DNA from: a virus
Lineage: Duplodnaviria; Caudoviricetes
Reading direction: 5' to 3' (one strand)
Virus record (IMG/VR): IMGVR_UViG_3300020123_000348
Location: 1-58,885 of that record
DNA: 58,885 nt
Each line of letters starts with the position of its first letter. Within the stretch, counting starts at the first letter, position 1. The notes beneath the pieces were generated by a model. The model had not been told where the DNA came from. It made no database searches and saw only the letters and a list, made by a program, of their open reading frames with translations. The position numbers and the translations under genes were made by a program. Shown here one piece after another: positions 49,168 to 58,885 of this stretch.

Positions 49168-51266
49168 TGAGTGAAGGTAAGAAAATAGTTTTTGAAGGAG
49201 TTGATAATGTTTCGAAAGTTGCGAATACAATTACTTCATCTTTTGAAAAGCTCAATAAAGAGAGTTCAAAAGGAACTGAATCAACTTCACGTCTTATAAA
49301 AGAGCAAAATAAGGAGCATGAAAAGCTTATCTCATTGTTAGAGAAAGAAAAAGCTTTAATAAAAGACATTGCAAACTTAGGACACTCATCAGCTCAACGA
49401 AGTTCGACTAATCAGTTAGTCGATAGATTCTTCACAAATCCAGAATCAATTAATCCAGGACAAATAGGTAAATTCTCACATGTACTTCAAAATAATGTCG
49501 ATAAGAATTTAGATGTTAGTGGATTAAATTCTAAGATTATTGAAAAGCTTCAAGAGCTTATTGAATTACAGAAAAAAGATACTGAAGAGACTACGTCAAA
49601 TGATGATAAAAACACCGAACAAATAGTTAGTGAACAAAAAAGATTGTTTGACATTAGAGGAAATGAAGTAACTGGTCGTGGAATTTCAGAATCTAATGAA
49701 AGACGAGTTTATGATGAGAAAGGAAAGTTGGTGAAAGGATATAGATTTGATGAGGAGAAACAAAAACAAGAAAAAAATGGAGATGGTTTAATTAATTCTA
49801 TGCGATCAACTTTAAGTGGAGGCATAGAAGGTTTTTTGCATAATTTAAAAGAAAACTTTTCTGAATTGGGAGAAAAATCTGGAATTGGCGCTGGAGGTCT
49901 TGCTGCTGGATTTCTTGGTTTTGAGGCTATAAGTAAATTATTAGGAACTGTAAAAGAACAGAGAATTGGAGAAGTGAGAGAAAATACTTCAAATATTTCA
50001 GAAGAAGAAAGAGAAATTGAAAGAACAAAAAGACAAAAATATTTAGTTGGTGGCATTTTAGGAGATCCTGGTGGTAATGTTGAAATAGAATATCTGAAAG
50101 CTATGAAACATTATAGAGAAGAAGAAGCTATTAAGTCATCAAAAGCGTCTTTGTTCTCAGTTGCTGGAAGATCAAATTTAGTTGGTGAAAATGAATTTTT
50201 AGGAGAAGAAATGGGGGTTTCATTAGCTGAAACTTATAGTATGGGTGGAAACATAGCAAGAACTCGTGGAAGCAGTAAGAATCTTATGGATGAGATTTAT
50301 GGACAACTAAGAGCTTCTAAAGCTGGCGTTGGAAGTGGAGCTATTTCTGGACTTCAAAATCTTTCAAGATTTGCAACTGGTGACAGATCAACCGGAGAAT
50401 ATGTTGATAAGATGGCTGAAAATACATCTCGTGAAAAATTGAATGAGAATCTTGAATCACTTGTTTCAATAACAAGATCACAAATTGGTGCGATGGAGAA
50501 AGTAAATATTGGAGAAGGAATTGCTATGATAAAAAATTGGTCAAGTATCAATTCTCCATTATTTCAAAATGCTGAGACAAGAAATCAGATTATGAGTAAA
50601 GTTTCATCAAGTATGGCAAATCCACAAAATGATTTTCAAAAAGCAAGAATGTTTTCTATCTTGTCAAAACGTATGCCTGAAGCAAGTTATTCACAATTGA
50701 TGGAAGCTATGGAATCTCCTGAAAGTCAAAAAGGATTGTTTCAAGATGTTTTAGATACCAATCGTTCTCAGTTTGGAAACGGTAAAGAAGCAAGAATAGT
50801 TGCTTTACAAAAACAAACAGGTCTTAGTTTTGTCGCTGCAAGAAAGATAATTGAAGCAGAGGACTCAAATAGAGGTATGTTTAAGAATGATACTTTAGGT
50901 GGAGTTGAAAATTTTACAAAAGCAAGTGGAATTGATATTTCTGGCTCAACAATACAAGCTCAGAAAGATATTGCGAGATATAAAAATAAATGGATGCGAA
51001 GTGGAAATCCAGATTTGAGAAGTGCTGAAGATCTTGAGGCAGAAAAAACAAATTATCAAGATGCACAACATGCAGCTGGTCGTGATGGAGCTATTTTAAG
51101 TGACAGGGTTAAAAATAATTTCGATGCTGCTTCAACTTTAGCGAAAGATGCTGGAACATTGACAAAAGAAGCTGCTGACATTTGGAAAAAGAATGGGGAT
51201 GATTTGGGTAAGGTTTTGAAAAGTATGAAAGATACTTTACTTTCAATTATACCTTATAACAAATAA
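49167..51266 (+). CDS. Tape measure protein
   Basis: KIVFEGVDNVSKVA N-terminus, helical, Gly-rich hydrophobic patch; synteny. Confidence 0.78.
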   Translation: MSEGKKIVFEGVDNVSKVANTITSSFEKLNKESSKGTESTSRLIKEQNKEHEKLISLLEKEKALIKDIANLGHSSAQRSSTNQLVDRFFTNPESINPGQIGKFSHVLQNNVDKNLDVSGLNSKIIEKLQELIELQKKDTEETTSNDDKNTEQIVSEQKRLFDIRGNEVTGRGISESNERRVYDEKGKLVKGYRFDEEKQKQEKNGDGLINSMRSTLSGGIEGFLHNLKENFSELGEKSGIGAGGLAAGFLGFEAISKLLGTVKEQRIGEVRENTSNISEEEREIERTKRQKYLVGGILGDPGGNVEIEYLKAMKHYREEEAIKSSKASLFSVAGRSNLVGENEFLGEEMGVSLAETYSMGGNIARTRGSSKNLMDEIYGQLRASKAGVGSGAISGLQNLSRFATGDRSTGEYVDKMAENTSREKLNENLESLVSITRSQIGAMEKVNIGEGIAMIKNWSSINSPLFQNAETRNQIMSKVSSSMANPQNDFQKARMFSILSKRMPEASYSQLMEAMESPESQKGLFQDVLDTNRSQFGNGKEARIVALQKQTGLSFVAARKIIEAEDSNRGMFKNDTLGGVENFTKASGIDISGSTIQAQKDIARYKNKWMRSGNPDLRSAEDLEAEKTNYQDAQHAAGRDGAILSDRVKNNFDAASTLAKDAGTLTKEAADIWKKNGDDLGKVLKSMKDTLLSIIPYNK

Positions 51267-51296
51267 AAGAAATGTTAAAATTATAAATAAAAATTT

Positions 51297-51326
51297 TTTA
51301 TTTCAAATAAAAGTTATATATTTGCA
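51297..51326 (+). promoter_or_regulatory. Class A promoter
   Basis: TTTATttcaaATAAA, 5 nt, TATATTTGCA. Confidence 0.7.
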
Positions 51327-51352
51327 CTATGAAATTAATAAATAAATATAAA

Positions 51353-51688
51353 ATGAAAAATTTAATTGTAGTTTTAATCATGTTTTTAACAGTAAGTTGC
51401 TCTAAAAACAATTCAAATGTTGTTGATCAGAATCAAATAATTTCTAATGAGGTTTTTATTGGCTCTTGGAATACAGTTGTTAATGGAGTAAATGTTTTGA
51501 TGACAATATCAAAAGTTAATGAAAATGTCTATAATATAGACGTTGAAGGTGGAAAAAATGAAACTTTTCAAAAAGAAAATGAAACAACGTTAAATTGTTC
51601 AAACATTTTATTCATCAACTATAATAAAAACAAATCAATAACTTTGAGTTCAAAAAATAGTGAAAATCCAATTAATTTCACTAAATAA
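51353..51688 (+). CDS. Lipoprotein (lipocalin-like); alternative start 51329
   Basis: MKNLIVVLIMFLTVS|CSKNN lipobox; FIGSW followed by beta strands. Confidence 0.72.
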   Translation: MKNLIVVLIMFLTVSCSKNNSNVVDQNQIISNEVFIGSWNTVVNGVNVLMTISKVNENVYNIDVEGGKNETFQKENETTLNCSNILFINYNKNKSITLSSKNSENPINFTK

Positions 51689-53998
51689 ATGCTCACATCA
51701 TCAAAAACCTACTTTTCTTACACTGTCCGTGATACTTCAGTTTCAAATGTAGAGAATTTACTTTTTGGAGAAAGTTCATTTTTTCAAGGTTTCAAAGGAA
51801 CTACTAAAAATGAACAAGCATATAATTTTCTCATTTATGTTGATGAGACTGGAAACTCAAATTATGATAAATTAAAAGAGCATTGGGATTTAGATCAAGA
51901 AGATAGTTTCAACATTGATTCTAATGAAAATTTTGGTTCATATCCAATAACTCAAGGAACAACAATTCTTATACCTTTTAGTGTAGTTTCAAGAGATGTC
52001 ATACCTATTTTAGGAGATGCAATAAGCAGTGTAGATCAACTAGCTTTTTTAGCTGATGCACTTAAGAGATTTTACGTTAATCCAAAAAATGTAAGAACTG
52101 CTGCATCTAAGGTTAGTGCACTCGGGAGTGTCAAAGATCGCTTTAACCATATATCTGTATGGGTATGGTCAAAATCATTAAATAGTGATGTTTCTGGCGT
52201 ACCTGGAAGTGAACAAATCAGTTATGATAAGACTCTTATTAATATTACCCCATTTATCATTAATATAAATACTCATGTTGGAGCAGATGGTGGAACATTT
52301 TCGTTTTCTTTAGATCCTATAGTTGGTAAAATTGGAGATAATGGAAAATGGGAAATTGATTGGCAACATATAAAATCAACTTTGAATGGAGAATATATTT
52401 CTCAAATTCCAATAAAAGACAGAGATAATTTGAAAAGCAATTTCTTTTTTAGTAATGTCTTATTCTCGAATGATTTAATTTTTATCAGATTTGAAACTTT
52501 AGAGAGTGAACAAGATAGATTTTATAACAATGGGGAAAATCCTGACTTAAATGTACCTAACAATTTTATATTTAGTGCAGATAATTTGAAAGATAAAATT
52601 TTTGATTTTATTGGATTGATTGATACAACTCATCTAACAGAAAATGCTGGAAATAGTGATATAAGTATTGATGTGACAGGAAGATGTCTCACAAAACTTC
52701 TTATAGAAGATGGTGTATATTTTTATCCTTCAGACTTTATTTCTGGAGGAATCTTCGCCAATATAAATGAAGACGATGAAGTATTACAGCGTTTTGATGG
52801 AAAGCTATTGGGAAGATTTCAAGTTGGTTTTAAAAAATTAGATTTTGTCTTACAGTTTATTTTCAATGCGCTTAGCAATATAGAAATATGTAGCGATACT
52901 TTATTTGAATCATATAAGCAAAATGGAGAACTCTTAAAAGCAGACAATAGCAATCACAACACTGCTGATTTAAGAACTCATAAATATAAATTGTTTGAAG
53001 ATCAAACTGGAGAACTTGTTTTAGCGAAGGGTATTTGGCAAATAGTTAAACTTGTCATCGACTCAACTGTTCAAAATAGATTGCTTGCGGATCAAAGTAT
53101 TGGCAACGAATTCGGTAGCTTATTGAATGCTGTGAGAAAAATATGTCAAGAACCTTTTGTAGAATTTTTTGGTGACGTATATGGTGATCAATATTATTTC
53201 ACTGTAAGAAAACAAATTTTTGATAAAGCTGGATTCTCTTCTATGATAAATGGAATTTCTAATAATGAAGCTGGAAAACCAGCATCTCACCCTGATATTA
53301 TTATTGATATAAATTCAGATGACATAACAGATTGCTCATTAGAATATGGAACTAATGATGCATTTTCGTGGTACAGAATAAATCCAGTAGGAAATACAAT
53401 GGGGGGAGATAATTCAATGGCTTTTGCATATTTGAAAGCTGTATTTTTCAAAGAGTATGCTTCAATCTTTGGTAGCAAACCTCTTGATATAAGCACAAAT
53501 TTTATTCCCATTTTTCCAATATTGTCTGGTGAAGATCAGTTTTTGTCAGAAGCATATATGCTTAAACAGGCTATTTATGATTTGAAATTTTTAATAGAGT
53601 CAAATCAATACTTACCTTTTTCAAAATCAGGAAGTATAACTATTCAAGGAGGAAACCGTCGCATTAAAAGAGGGATGTTTGTTCGTCTTGTTGATTCAAA
53701 AGAAATTGCCTACATTGAATCAATTAGTCATTTTGCTTCAATATCTATGAATCAGATCAATAGAACGACAGTCTTACAACTAAGTCATATATTAAAAGAA
53801 GAATACATTCGTGGAATCAATGTTGAAGGAATTGAAGATGTTGTAAGTTATTTTAATATTATCAACATAGAAATTCCAGAAAATTTTGTTACTAATGATA
53901 AAGCTTCATGGAGTAGTTGGAATTCTCAAGTAGTATCGAAGTGGAGAGTGAATGTTCCTGTCTTCAACTATTTTTTACAACAAAGACATCTTCAATAA
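51689..53998 (+). CDS. Baseplate hub/tail-associated protein
   Basis: NITPFI, GTFSFSL, VTGRCLTKLL, EPFVEFFGD, GSITIQG..RIKRG, YIESISH pattern of gp27/gp44-like hubs. Confidence 0.72.
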   Translation: MLTSSKTYFSYTVRDTSVSNVENLLFGESSFFQGFKGTTKNEQAYNFLIYVDETGNSNYDKLKEHWDLDQEDSFNIDSNENFGSYPITQGTTILIPFSVVSRDVIPILGDAISSVDQLAFLADALKRFYVNPKNVRTAASKVSALGSVKDRFNHISVWVWSKSLNSDVSGVPGSEQISYDKTLINITPFIININTHVGADGGTFSFSLDPIVGKIGDNGKWEIDWQHIKSTLNGEYISQIPIKDRDNLKSNFFFSNVLFSNDLIFIRFETLESEQDRFYNNGENPDLNVPNNFIFSADNLKDKIFDFIGLIDTTHLTENAGNSDISIDVTGRCLTKLLIEDGVYFYPSDFISGGIFANINEDDEVLQRFDGKLLGRFQVGFKKLDFVLQFIFNALSNIEICSDTLFESYKQNGELLKADNSNHNTADLRTHKYKLFEDQTGELVLAKGIWQIVKLVIDSTVQNRLLADQSIGNEFGSLLNAVRKICQEPFVEFFGDVYGDQYYFTVRKQIFDKAGFSSMINGISNNEAGKPASHPDIIIDINSDDITDCSLEYGTNDAFSWYRINPVGNTMGGDNSMAFAYLKAVFFKEYASIFGSKPLDISTNFIPIFPILSGEDQFLSEAYMLKQAIYDLKFLIESNQYLPFSKSGSITIQGGNRRIKRGMFVRLVDSKEIAYIESISHFASISMNQINRTTVLQLSHILKEEYIRGINVEGIEDVVSYFNIINIEIPENFVTNDKASWSSWNSQVVSKWRVNVPVFNYFLQQRHLQ

Positions 53999-53999
53999 A

Positions 54000-54785
54000 A
54001 TGAATAAGAAATATGTAAGTACTCGAGACACTGGTGTAAGAAATTCAAGTGGAATAGGTTATGTCATTTGTAAGGCAACTAATGATGCTGAAAGAAAATC
54101 TTACATTAAGAATTCAATTGCTAAAGGAACAATTACAATTTGTTTAGAAGATGGTGGATTCATAGAGAACGTAAGAGTAGGAAAATCTATATGGAATTTC
54201 ATAGAGTTTCCAAAACTTGGAACAGAATTGGGATCTTGCGTGTTATGGTTAAATATTCCGAAACGAAATGAAATTATTGTTACAGATGTTTTACCAAAAA
54301 CAGATGAATTGAACAATTGGTCGGAAGACTCATTCGTTTTAAGCCGCAAATTTTCAGATGGGAAGAAGATAAATAATTATATCGAAGTTAGCGGAAATGC
54401 AAAAGATGGTGTTATTAATATCTCAGTTAGTGGAAGTGAGAATCTTGGTAAACTCAAAATCAATATAGCTAATAAGAATAAAACAGCTTCATTAGATGTT
54501 AATGTCAAGGGTAAAATCAATTTAGTTGCAACCGACGATATTGAATTGCAGAACAATACTATTATATATTTATCTGCGAAGCAAAAGGTTGTTCTCGGAA
54601 AAGGTGAGAGTCCGATGATAATTGGAGACATTTTTAAAGCTTTACTTGATGATTTTATTGATGCTGTTAGTGATATAAAAACAAACACAGCTATTGGAAT
54701 ACAGCCAATCATCAATATAGCTCAAGTTAAGCTTTTGAAGACGAGAACGAAAGAGATTTTGAGCAAATATGGCTTTTTAAAGTAA
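54000..54785 (+). CDS. Baseplate spike/assembly protein (gpV-like)
   Basis: OB-fold-like N-terminus, beta-repeat middle, VVLGKGESPMIIGD; ATG 54000 preferred over 53952. Confidence 0.65.
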   Translation: MNKKYVSTRDTGVRNSSGIGYVICKATNDAERKSYIKNSIAKGTITICLEDGGFIENVRVGKSIWNFIEFPKLGTELGSCVLWLNIPKRNEIIVTDVLPKTDELNNWSEDSFVLSRKFSDGKKINNYIEVSGNAKDGVINISVSGSENLGKLKINIANKNKTASLDVNVKGKINLVATDDIELQNNTIIYLSAKQKVVLGKGESPMIIGDIFKALLDDFIDAVSDIKTNTAIGIQPIINIAQVKLLKTRTKEILSKYGFLK

Positions 54786-54857
54786 GAAATGTTTGATCGC
54801 GGATTTGATTGTTATAACTTTTTCATATTGAAAATCAATACATTTTAGCTTTTTTAA

Positions 54858-54918
54858 CATTTTATTTTAAGTAAAATTTTTTTATCTCAAATAAAAGTTA
54901 TAATTTTACATCGTCAAA
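54858..54918 (+). repeat. 61-bp promoter-containing repeat, copy 2
   Basis: 60/61 identical to 12746-12806; heads a run of small ORFs. Confidence 0.9.
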
Positions 54919-55434
54919 CAAAATTAAAGCTTATGAAAGATCAAGAAAAATTAGAATTTGAAATCATGAAGGAGATAAATGGAATTAAGAATTTTCCTAA
55001 TAATGATGATTATGTTTATGATATTTTAGGTTGTGTTGCAAGAAGAACAGAAAGAAAACCTTCAATTAGCTAAAGATACTATAGCGAAATACTTTGCTAT
55101 TCAAAACAATATTGGAATATTAAATTAATCAAATTAAAAATAGTTAAAAATGAAAAACAGTAAAGAAAAAGTAAACAAGTCTTCTTATAGAGTTAAGAAG
55201 CATGCGAAAGCAATTCGTGAAGAATTGAAGAATTCAAGAATTAAAGTTTCAGCAAAACAAATAACTAATCTTTAATATTATGAAAACATTCATCGTCACC
55301 TTTAAGGATTTATTAGGCATCATCAAAAAGATTCCAGTTGATGCTTACAATAAGGTCAGAGCAGAGATCTTATTTGAACAAGAGTATGTTCATCAAGGAA
55401 TCATATCAATAACATTAAATGAAGAAGAATAATC

Positions 55435-55686
55435 ATGGAAGATAAATTAAAAAATATGAGCTTAAATGAAATAGCTCGTGAGATCCAATTTGATTGGAAA
55501 AAAGTAAACTATGCTGCAAAACCTTATCTTGAAGCAATGGGTTGTATCAAAGATATAAAAGACAAATATGGATTGGATTCAGGTTCATCAATTGTCAGTT
55601 ATTTCTTAACGAATGCTTCAACATGGAAAAGTGAAGTTGCGAAAGCAATTAAGAAAGAATTGAATTTAAGACTTAAAAAGAAATAA
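55435..55686 (+). CDS. Conserved phage hypothetical protein
   Basis: IAREIQFDWKKVNYAAKPYLEAM..YFLTNASTWK. Confidence 0.65.
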   Translation: MEDKLKNMSLNEIAREIQFDWKKVNYAAKPYLEAMGCIKDIKDKYGLDSGSSIVSYFLTNASTWKSEVAKAIKKELNLRLKKK

Positions 55687-55866
55687 GATGAAAAAAAATA
55701 AAGTACTTCTTACAAATAGAGAAGAAAAAATTCTTAATTGTTTAGAATCAATGGTTTTACACTATGAAATATTTGTAGAAGGAGAGTATAATGAAAAACC
55801 AGAAGAGATTCAAAATTTTGATTATAAAAAAGCTAAGAAATTAATTAAAAATTTAAGAAATTAAAA

Positions 55867-56118
55867 ATGGCACGTTATATCCATTGTCCTTTATGTAAGG
55901 ATCGAGTAGAAAAGAATGCTATCAAGTTTGGAGAACTTTATGAAAGCATTAAAGGTACTGCATTAAAATCTATGATTTGTGATGCTAATGGTGAACAAAT
56001 AAAATTTGGAGATGAATGTTATGCTGCAGTTTTATTGCTAAATAAGGAGCATAAGAACTATATCCATCAAAAGCCTGAAGTTTGGATGAATGAATTTATT
56101 AAAGTAGAAGAAGATTAA
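55867..56118 (+). CDS. Hypothetical Cys-containing protein
   Basis: CPLC motif, 83 aa. Confidence 0.55.
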   Translation: MARYIHCPLCKDRVEKNAIKFGELYESIKGTALKSMICDANGEQIKFGDECYAAVLLLNKEHKNYIHQKPEVWMNEFIKVEED

Positions 56119-56119
56119 A

Positions 56120-56449
56120 ATGTTTGAAGCATTATTATCAGTAATTGAACCTCTTCATAAATTAAACAAAGGTAAAGGTTTATATAGAGATGAATATCCT
56201 GTATTTAATTCTGATTTATCAGTTAATGAACGGTGGGATAATTTAACTTATTGTGAAATGATAGATGTGGGTGCTCTTACATTACATTTTAGATATATGT
56301 CTCCGAATTATAAATGGCTTAGAATTGATCAAACTGAGAAATTTTCTGAATTAAGAAAACCAATGAGAAAGATAATTGAGAAATGTTATAAAAGAAGAAA
56401 TGAGAAATACTCAATGTTTGATTTAAAAGCTTTATTTCACTTACAGTAA
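56120..56449 (+). CDS. Hypothetical protein
   Basis: 109-aa ORF. Confidence 0.55.
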   Translation: MFEALLSVIEPLHKLNKGKGLYRDEYPVFNSDLSVNERWDNLTYCEMIDVGALTLHFRYMSPNYKWLRIDQTEKFSELRKPMRKIIEKCYKRRNEKYSMFDLKALFHLQ

Positions 56450-56628
56450 ATTTATAAAATGAAAAAACTAAATAGCTTACAAGATCTTTTAAAGATCAGA
56501 AACCAATTTCCAGAAGGTGAAAAGCAATCTTCTGATGCTAAAACAATTAAGTTGAAAACAAAAGAGAAAGTCAGGATTGACAATGAATCTTTTGAAAAAG
56601 ATGGACGAACAATTAAATATAGAAGATA

Positions 56629-56820
56629 ATGATAAAAAAGTTATGGATTGGATTCCAAAATGGAATCATAGCGATGATTTTAATGTATATCTTTTCAGCA
56701 GTTTTAGTTGTTTGGTGTAACGGAGATAAATCTGCTTATTATGATATATTTATAGGTAAATATACGATTTATCTATGGTTAATTGTTTTATTTATATTCA
56801 CTATAAGAAAAGGAGAATAA
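56629..56820 (+). CDS. Small two-TM membrane protein
   Basis: Two hydrophobic helices. Confidence 0.55.
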   Translation: MIKKLWIGFQNGIIAMILMYIFSAVLVVWCNGDKSAYYDIFIGKYTIYLWLIVLFIFTIRKGE

Positions 56821-56824
56821 AACA

Positions 56825-57013
56825 ATGCCTAAAGTCATAATTCATTCTTTAGAAAATCATAAACATGAAACCATGAATCCTGATAAGAGATGTGATATTG
56901 ACGATTGTAATGAAAAACCTTATCGTGGAGGAAATTTATGTTATGAACATCATACAAAGAAAGCTTATCAAAAAAGAAAAGACAGAAAGAAAAATTTTAA
57001 TAATATATTTTAA
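56825..57013 (+). CDS. Small Zn-finger protein
   Basis: CDIDDC..LCYEH. Confidence 0.55.
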   Translation: MPKVIIHSLENHKHETMNPDKRCDIDDCNEKPYRGGNLCYEHHTKKAYQKRKDRKKNFNNIF

Positions 57014-57151
57014 ACATGGAACCAACATTCACAAAAAAAGAAAAACTACTTTCAATTATAAGCTTAATAGTAGCAACTATTATGATGCTGATAGTTAAAG
57101 TTTTATAATTTTGCAATTGATAATTTGATTTAGTAATATTTGTTTAGAAGT

Positions 57152-57195
57152 GAAAGGCTGCAAGTTTCTCTCAAGTTCTTGCAGTTTTTCTTTTT
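57152..57195 (+). terminator. Intrinsic terminator
   Basis: GAAAGGCTGCAAG/CTTGCAGTTTTTC plus T tract. Confidence 0.75.
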
Positions 57196-57262
57196 ATATC
57201 TAATTGAATAAATTTTTGTATTTTTGTTTTGATTTATTATTTATAAAATAGTGTTATAGGTT

Positions 57263-57305
57263 GAAAAGGCTTCAAGTTTTGATAATTCTTGGAGCTTTTT
57301 CTTTT
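57263..57305 (+). terminator. Intrinsic terminator related to the previous one
   Basis: GAAAAGGCTTCAAG/CTTGGAGCTTTTTC plus T tract. Confidence 0.75.
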
Positions 57306-57342
57306 ATCAATCACTTTCACTTAATTTTTGTATTTTTGCAAC

Positions 57343-58035
57343 ATGTCATTAGAAACAGGTAGAAATATAATTAAAACGCTTGGTAAAGGACTTTTGAGTT
57401 CATTATATCCAGACGACTTTGAATCATATATTTTCGCATTTGAACTTGTTGATAGTCAAGATCAAACTTGTGATTATTTTTTATTTCCGCTCAATCCGAA
57501 GTCAATTAATATTAGTGAGAATCAACTTATAAATATTAAAAAAACAGTTGGTGGTTTAAGTATGGTTTCGACTGACAGTTATATGCCTAAAGTCATTTCA
57601 ATTGAGGGAAATTTTGGTCGGCAATTAAAATTGCTTATAGGAAGAGAATTAATAAACTTTCTTGGATTTTTAAATCCATCACAAAAACAATTCAGTAGTT
57701 CACTCAAAACTGGGTTTGGCTGCTGTAAAATTCTTGAAAGAATGATACAAAATTCTAATCAACTTGATAGTCAAGGTAAACCTTATTTCCTTTATTTTTA
57801 CAATCTTAGCTTTGGTAAAAGTCACCTCGTTAAAGCTATATCATCAGTAACTTTTCACCAATCTTTAGAAACAAATATGGTGTGGTCATATTCATTAAAG
57901 CTACAAACTTTAGCTGACCTTGATATGCTTTCTAATACAGTTTCAAAATCAAACATTACAACTTTTGCTTTTTCACAGGTTCAAAAAAGTTTGAATGTGA
58001 TTTTAGGTAAAGTAGAAACTTCAATTGCTCAATAA
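57343..58035 (+). CDS. Baseplate/tail tube initiator-like protein
   Basis: FLFPLNPKSINISE..KTVGG..ISIEGNFG..WSYSLKL; ATG 57343 preferred over TTG 57328, which lies in the promoter. Confidence 0.68.
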   Translation: MSLETGRNIIKTLGKGLLSSLYPDDFESYIFAFELVDSQDQTCDYFLFPLNPKSINISENQLINIKKTVGGLSMVSTDSYMPKVISIEGNFGRQLKLLIGRELINFLGFLNPSQKQFSSSLKTGFGCCKILERMIQNSNQLDSQGKPYFLYFYNLSFGKSHLVKAISSVTFHQSLETNMVWSYSLKLQTLADLDMLSNTVSKSNITTFAFSQVQKSLNVILGKVETSIAQ

Positions 58036-58885
58036 TGGAATTAAGTGCTGACATATTATTAGATTTTCAAATAAAAACTGGATTTAATGCAAGTGAATAT
58101 TTCACTTCATTCAAAATTTTTATGAAGACTGATTATAATTACTTAGTTGATTATTATAATGGAAAGAATACGACTATAAGCAAATCAGCTTTCAAAAATT
58201 TACAAACTCTCTTAGACTCAAATGACGATGCTCTTTCATTCTTTTCTAATATCAAATATAATCTAAACAATACCTCATGGTGTGATTTGCTCGAATTATT
58301 TGAAGACACAAGTACTGCTTTGATGACTTGCAAAAATCTTAGTAAATGGCTTCGATCTCCAATTACATCAACTGGATTTGGATTGAATTCAGAGGTCACG
58401 ATCTCACTGAATCAATCACAGACATTAGAGTTATTCAATAAAGATATTCTAAATAACTCAGATGAAAATGCTTGGGTTGATACTGCGAAAAGAAATCAAT
58501 TGACTGAAGAAGATTATAATTATGATGGAGGCAATCCTTTAAAAGTTACCTCAACGAGAGGTGGACGATTGATGGTCAATGTTGTAGTTGACAATCTTTC
58601 AAATGAGAATATTTTAGGCATTGATTTAGATCAGATATTGACTTTTATTGACGATGATTTGAAAGCATTATCATACATTGATACTTTTACTCAGTCAGTG
58701 AATATTTTGGCAGGATTAAGAAAAGGAGATGATCCATATTTGCCAAACTTAGGAACTGATAGAAAACTTTTCATAGGTTCAAATGTCAACATTTTAAATA
58801 TCCCAATTCTTACACGTGGATTGAATACTGTTTTTGCAACAGATGATACTATCAAAGGCTTTACAATAACTAATGTTCATAGAGA
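58035..58885 (+). CDS. Baseplate wedge protein with gp25/GPW-like C-terminal part (3'-truncated; not in ORF track)
   Basis: Open from ATG 58035 to the window end; ..LGIDLDQILTFIDDDL..QSVNILAGLRKGDDPYLPNLG..FATDDTIKGFTITNV. Confidence 0.72.
   Translation, partial: MELSADILLDFQIKTGFNASEYFTSFKIFMKTDYNYLVDYYNGKNTTISKSAFKNLQTLLDSNDDALSFFSNIKYNLNNTSWCDLLELFEDTSTALMTCKNLSKWLRSPITSTGFGLNSEVTISLNQSQTLELFNKDILNNSDENAWVDTAKRNQLTEEDYNYDGGNPLKVTSTRGGRLMVNVVVDNLSNENILGIDLDQILTFIDDDLKALSYIDTFTQSVNILAGLRKGDDPYLPNLGTDRKLFIGSNVNILNIPILTRGLNTVFATDDTIKGFTITNVHR

Noticed and set aside
53952-53999. Tracked upstream starts at 53952, 9227 and 57328
   Set aside because: They overlap the previous gene or lie inside the promoter motif; downstream ATGs at 54000, 9245 and 57343 fit better.

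Overview
An AT-rich segment of a large myovirus genome with essentially all genes on the + strand. It covers the virion module in SPO1/Twort (Herelleviridae)-like order: end of TerL, portal, MuF-like head protein, prohead protease/scaffold, major capsid, neck/tail completion, sheath, tube, chaperones, tape measure, hub, spike and the start of the baseplate. Recurrent TAnnTTTG (-7) promoters, no evident Shine-Dalgarno sites and Bacteroidota-type signal peptides point to a Bacteroidota host. Accessory content includes tRNA-Lys(UUU), a DEDDh exonuclease, DHFR, an acyl carrier protein, a glycosyltransferase/deacetylase/methyltransferase cluster, two paralogous GIY-YIG homing endonucleases and many small ORFs. 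The best candidate for an undescribed system is a capsid-cargo/polyprotein system. A [ILFM]-x-K-[ASG] motif, matching the likely capsid maturation site, is dense in the scaffold and sits at domain boundaries of adjacent non-structural proteins (AAA+ ATPase, zincin protease, and a 1419-aa NUDIX/ParB/GNAT/papain-like protein). These proteins also share short helical and beta-hairpin tags. All protein calls are from motif recognition by eye; no searches were run.
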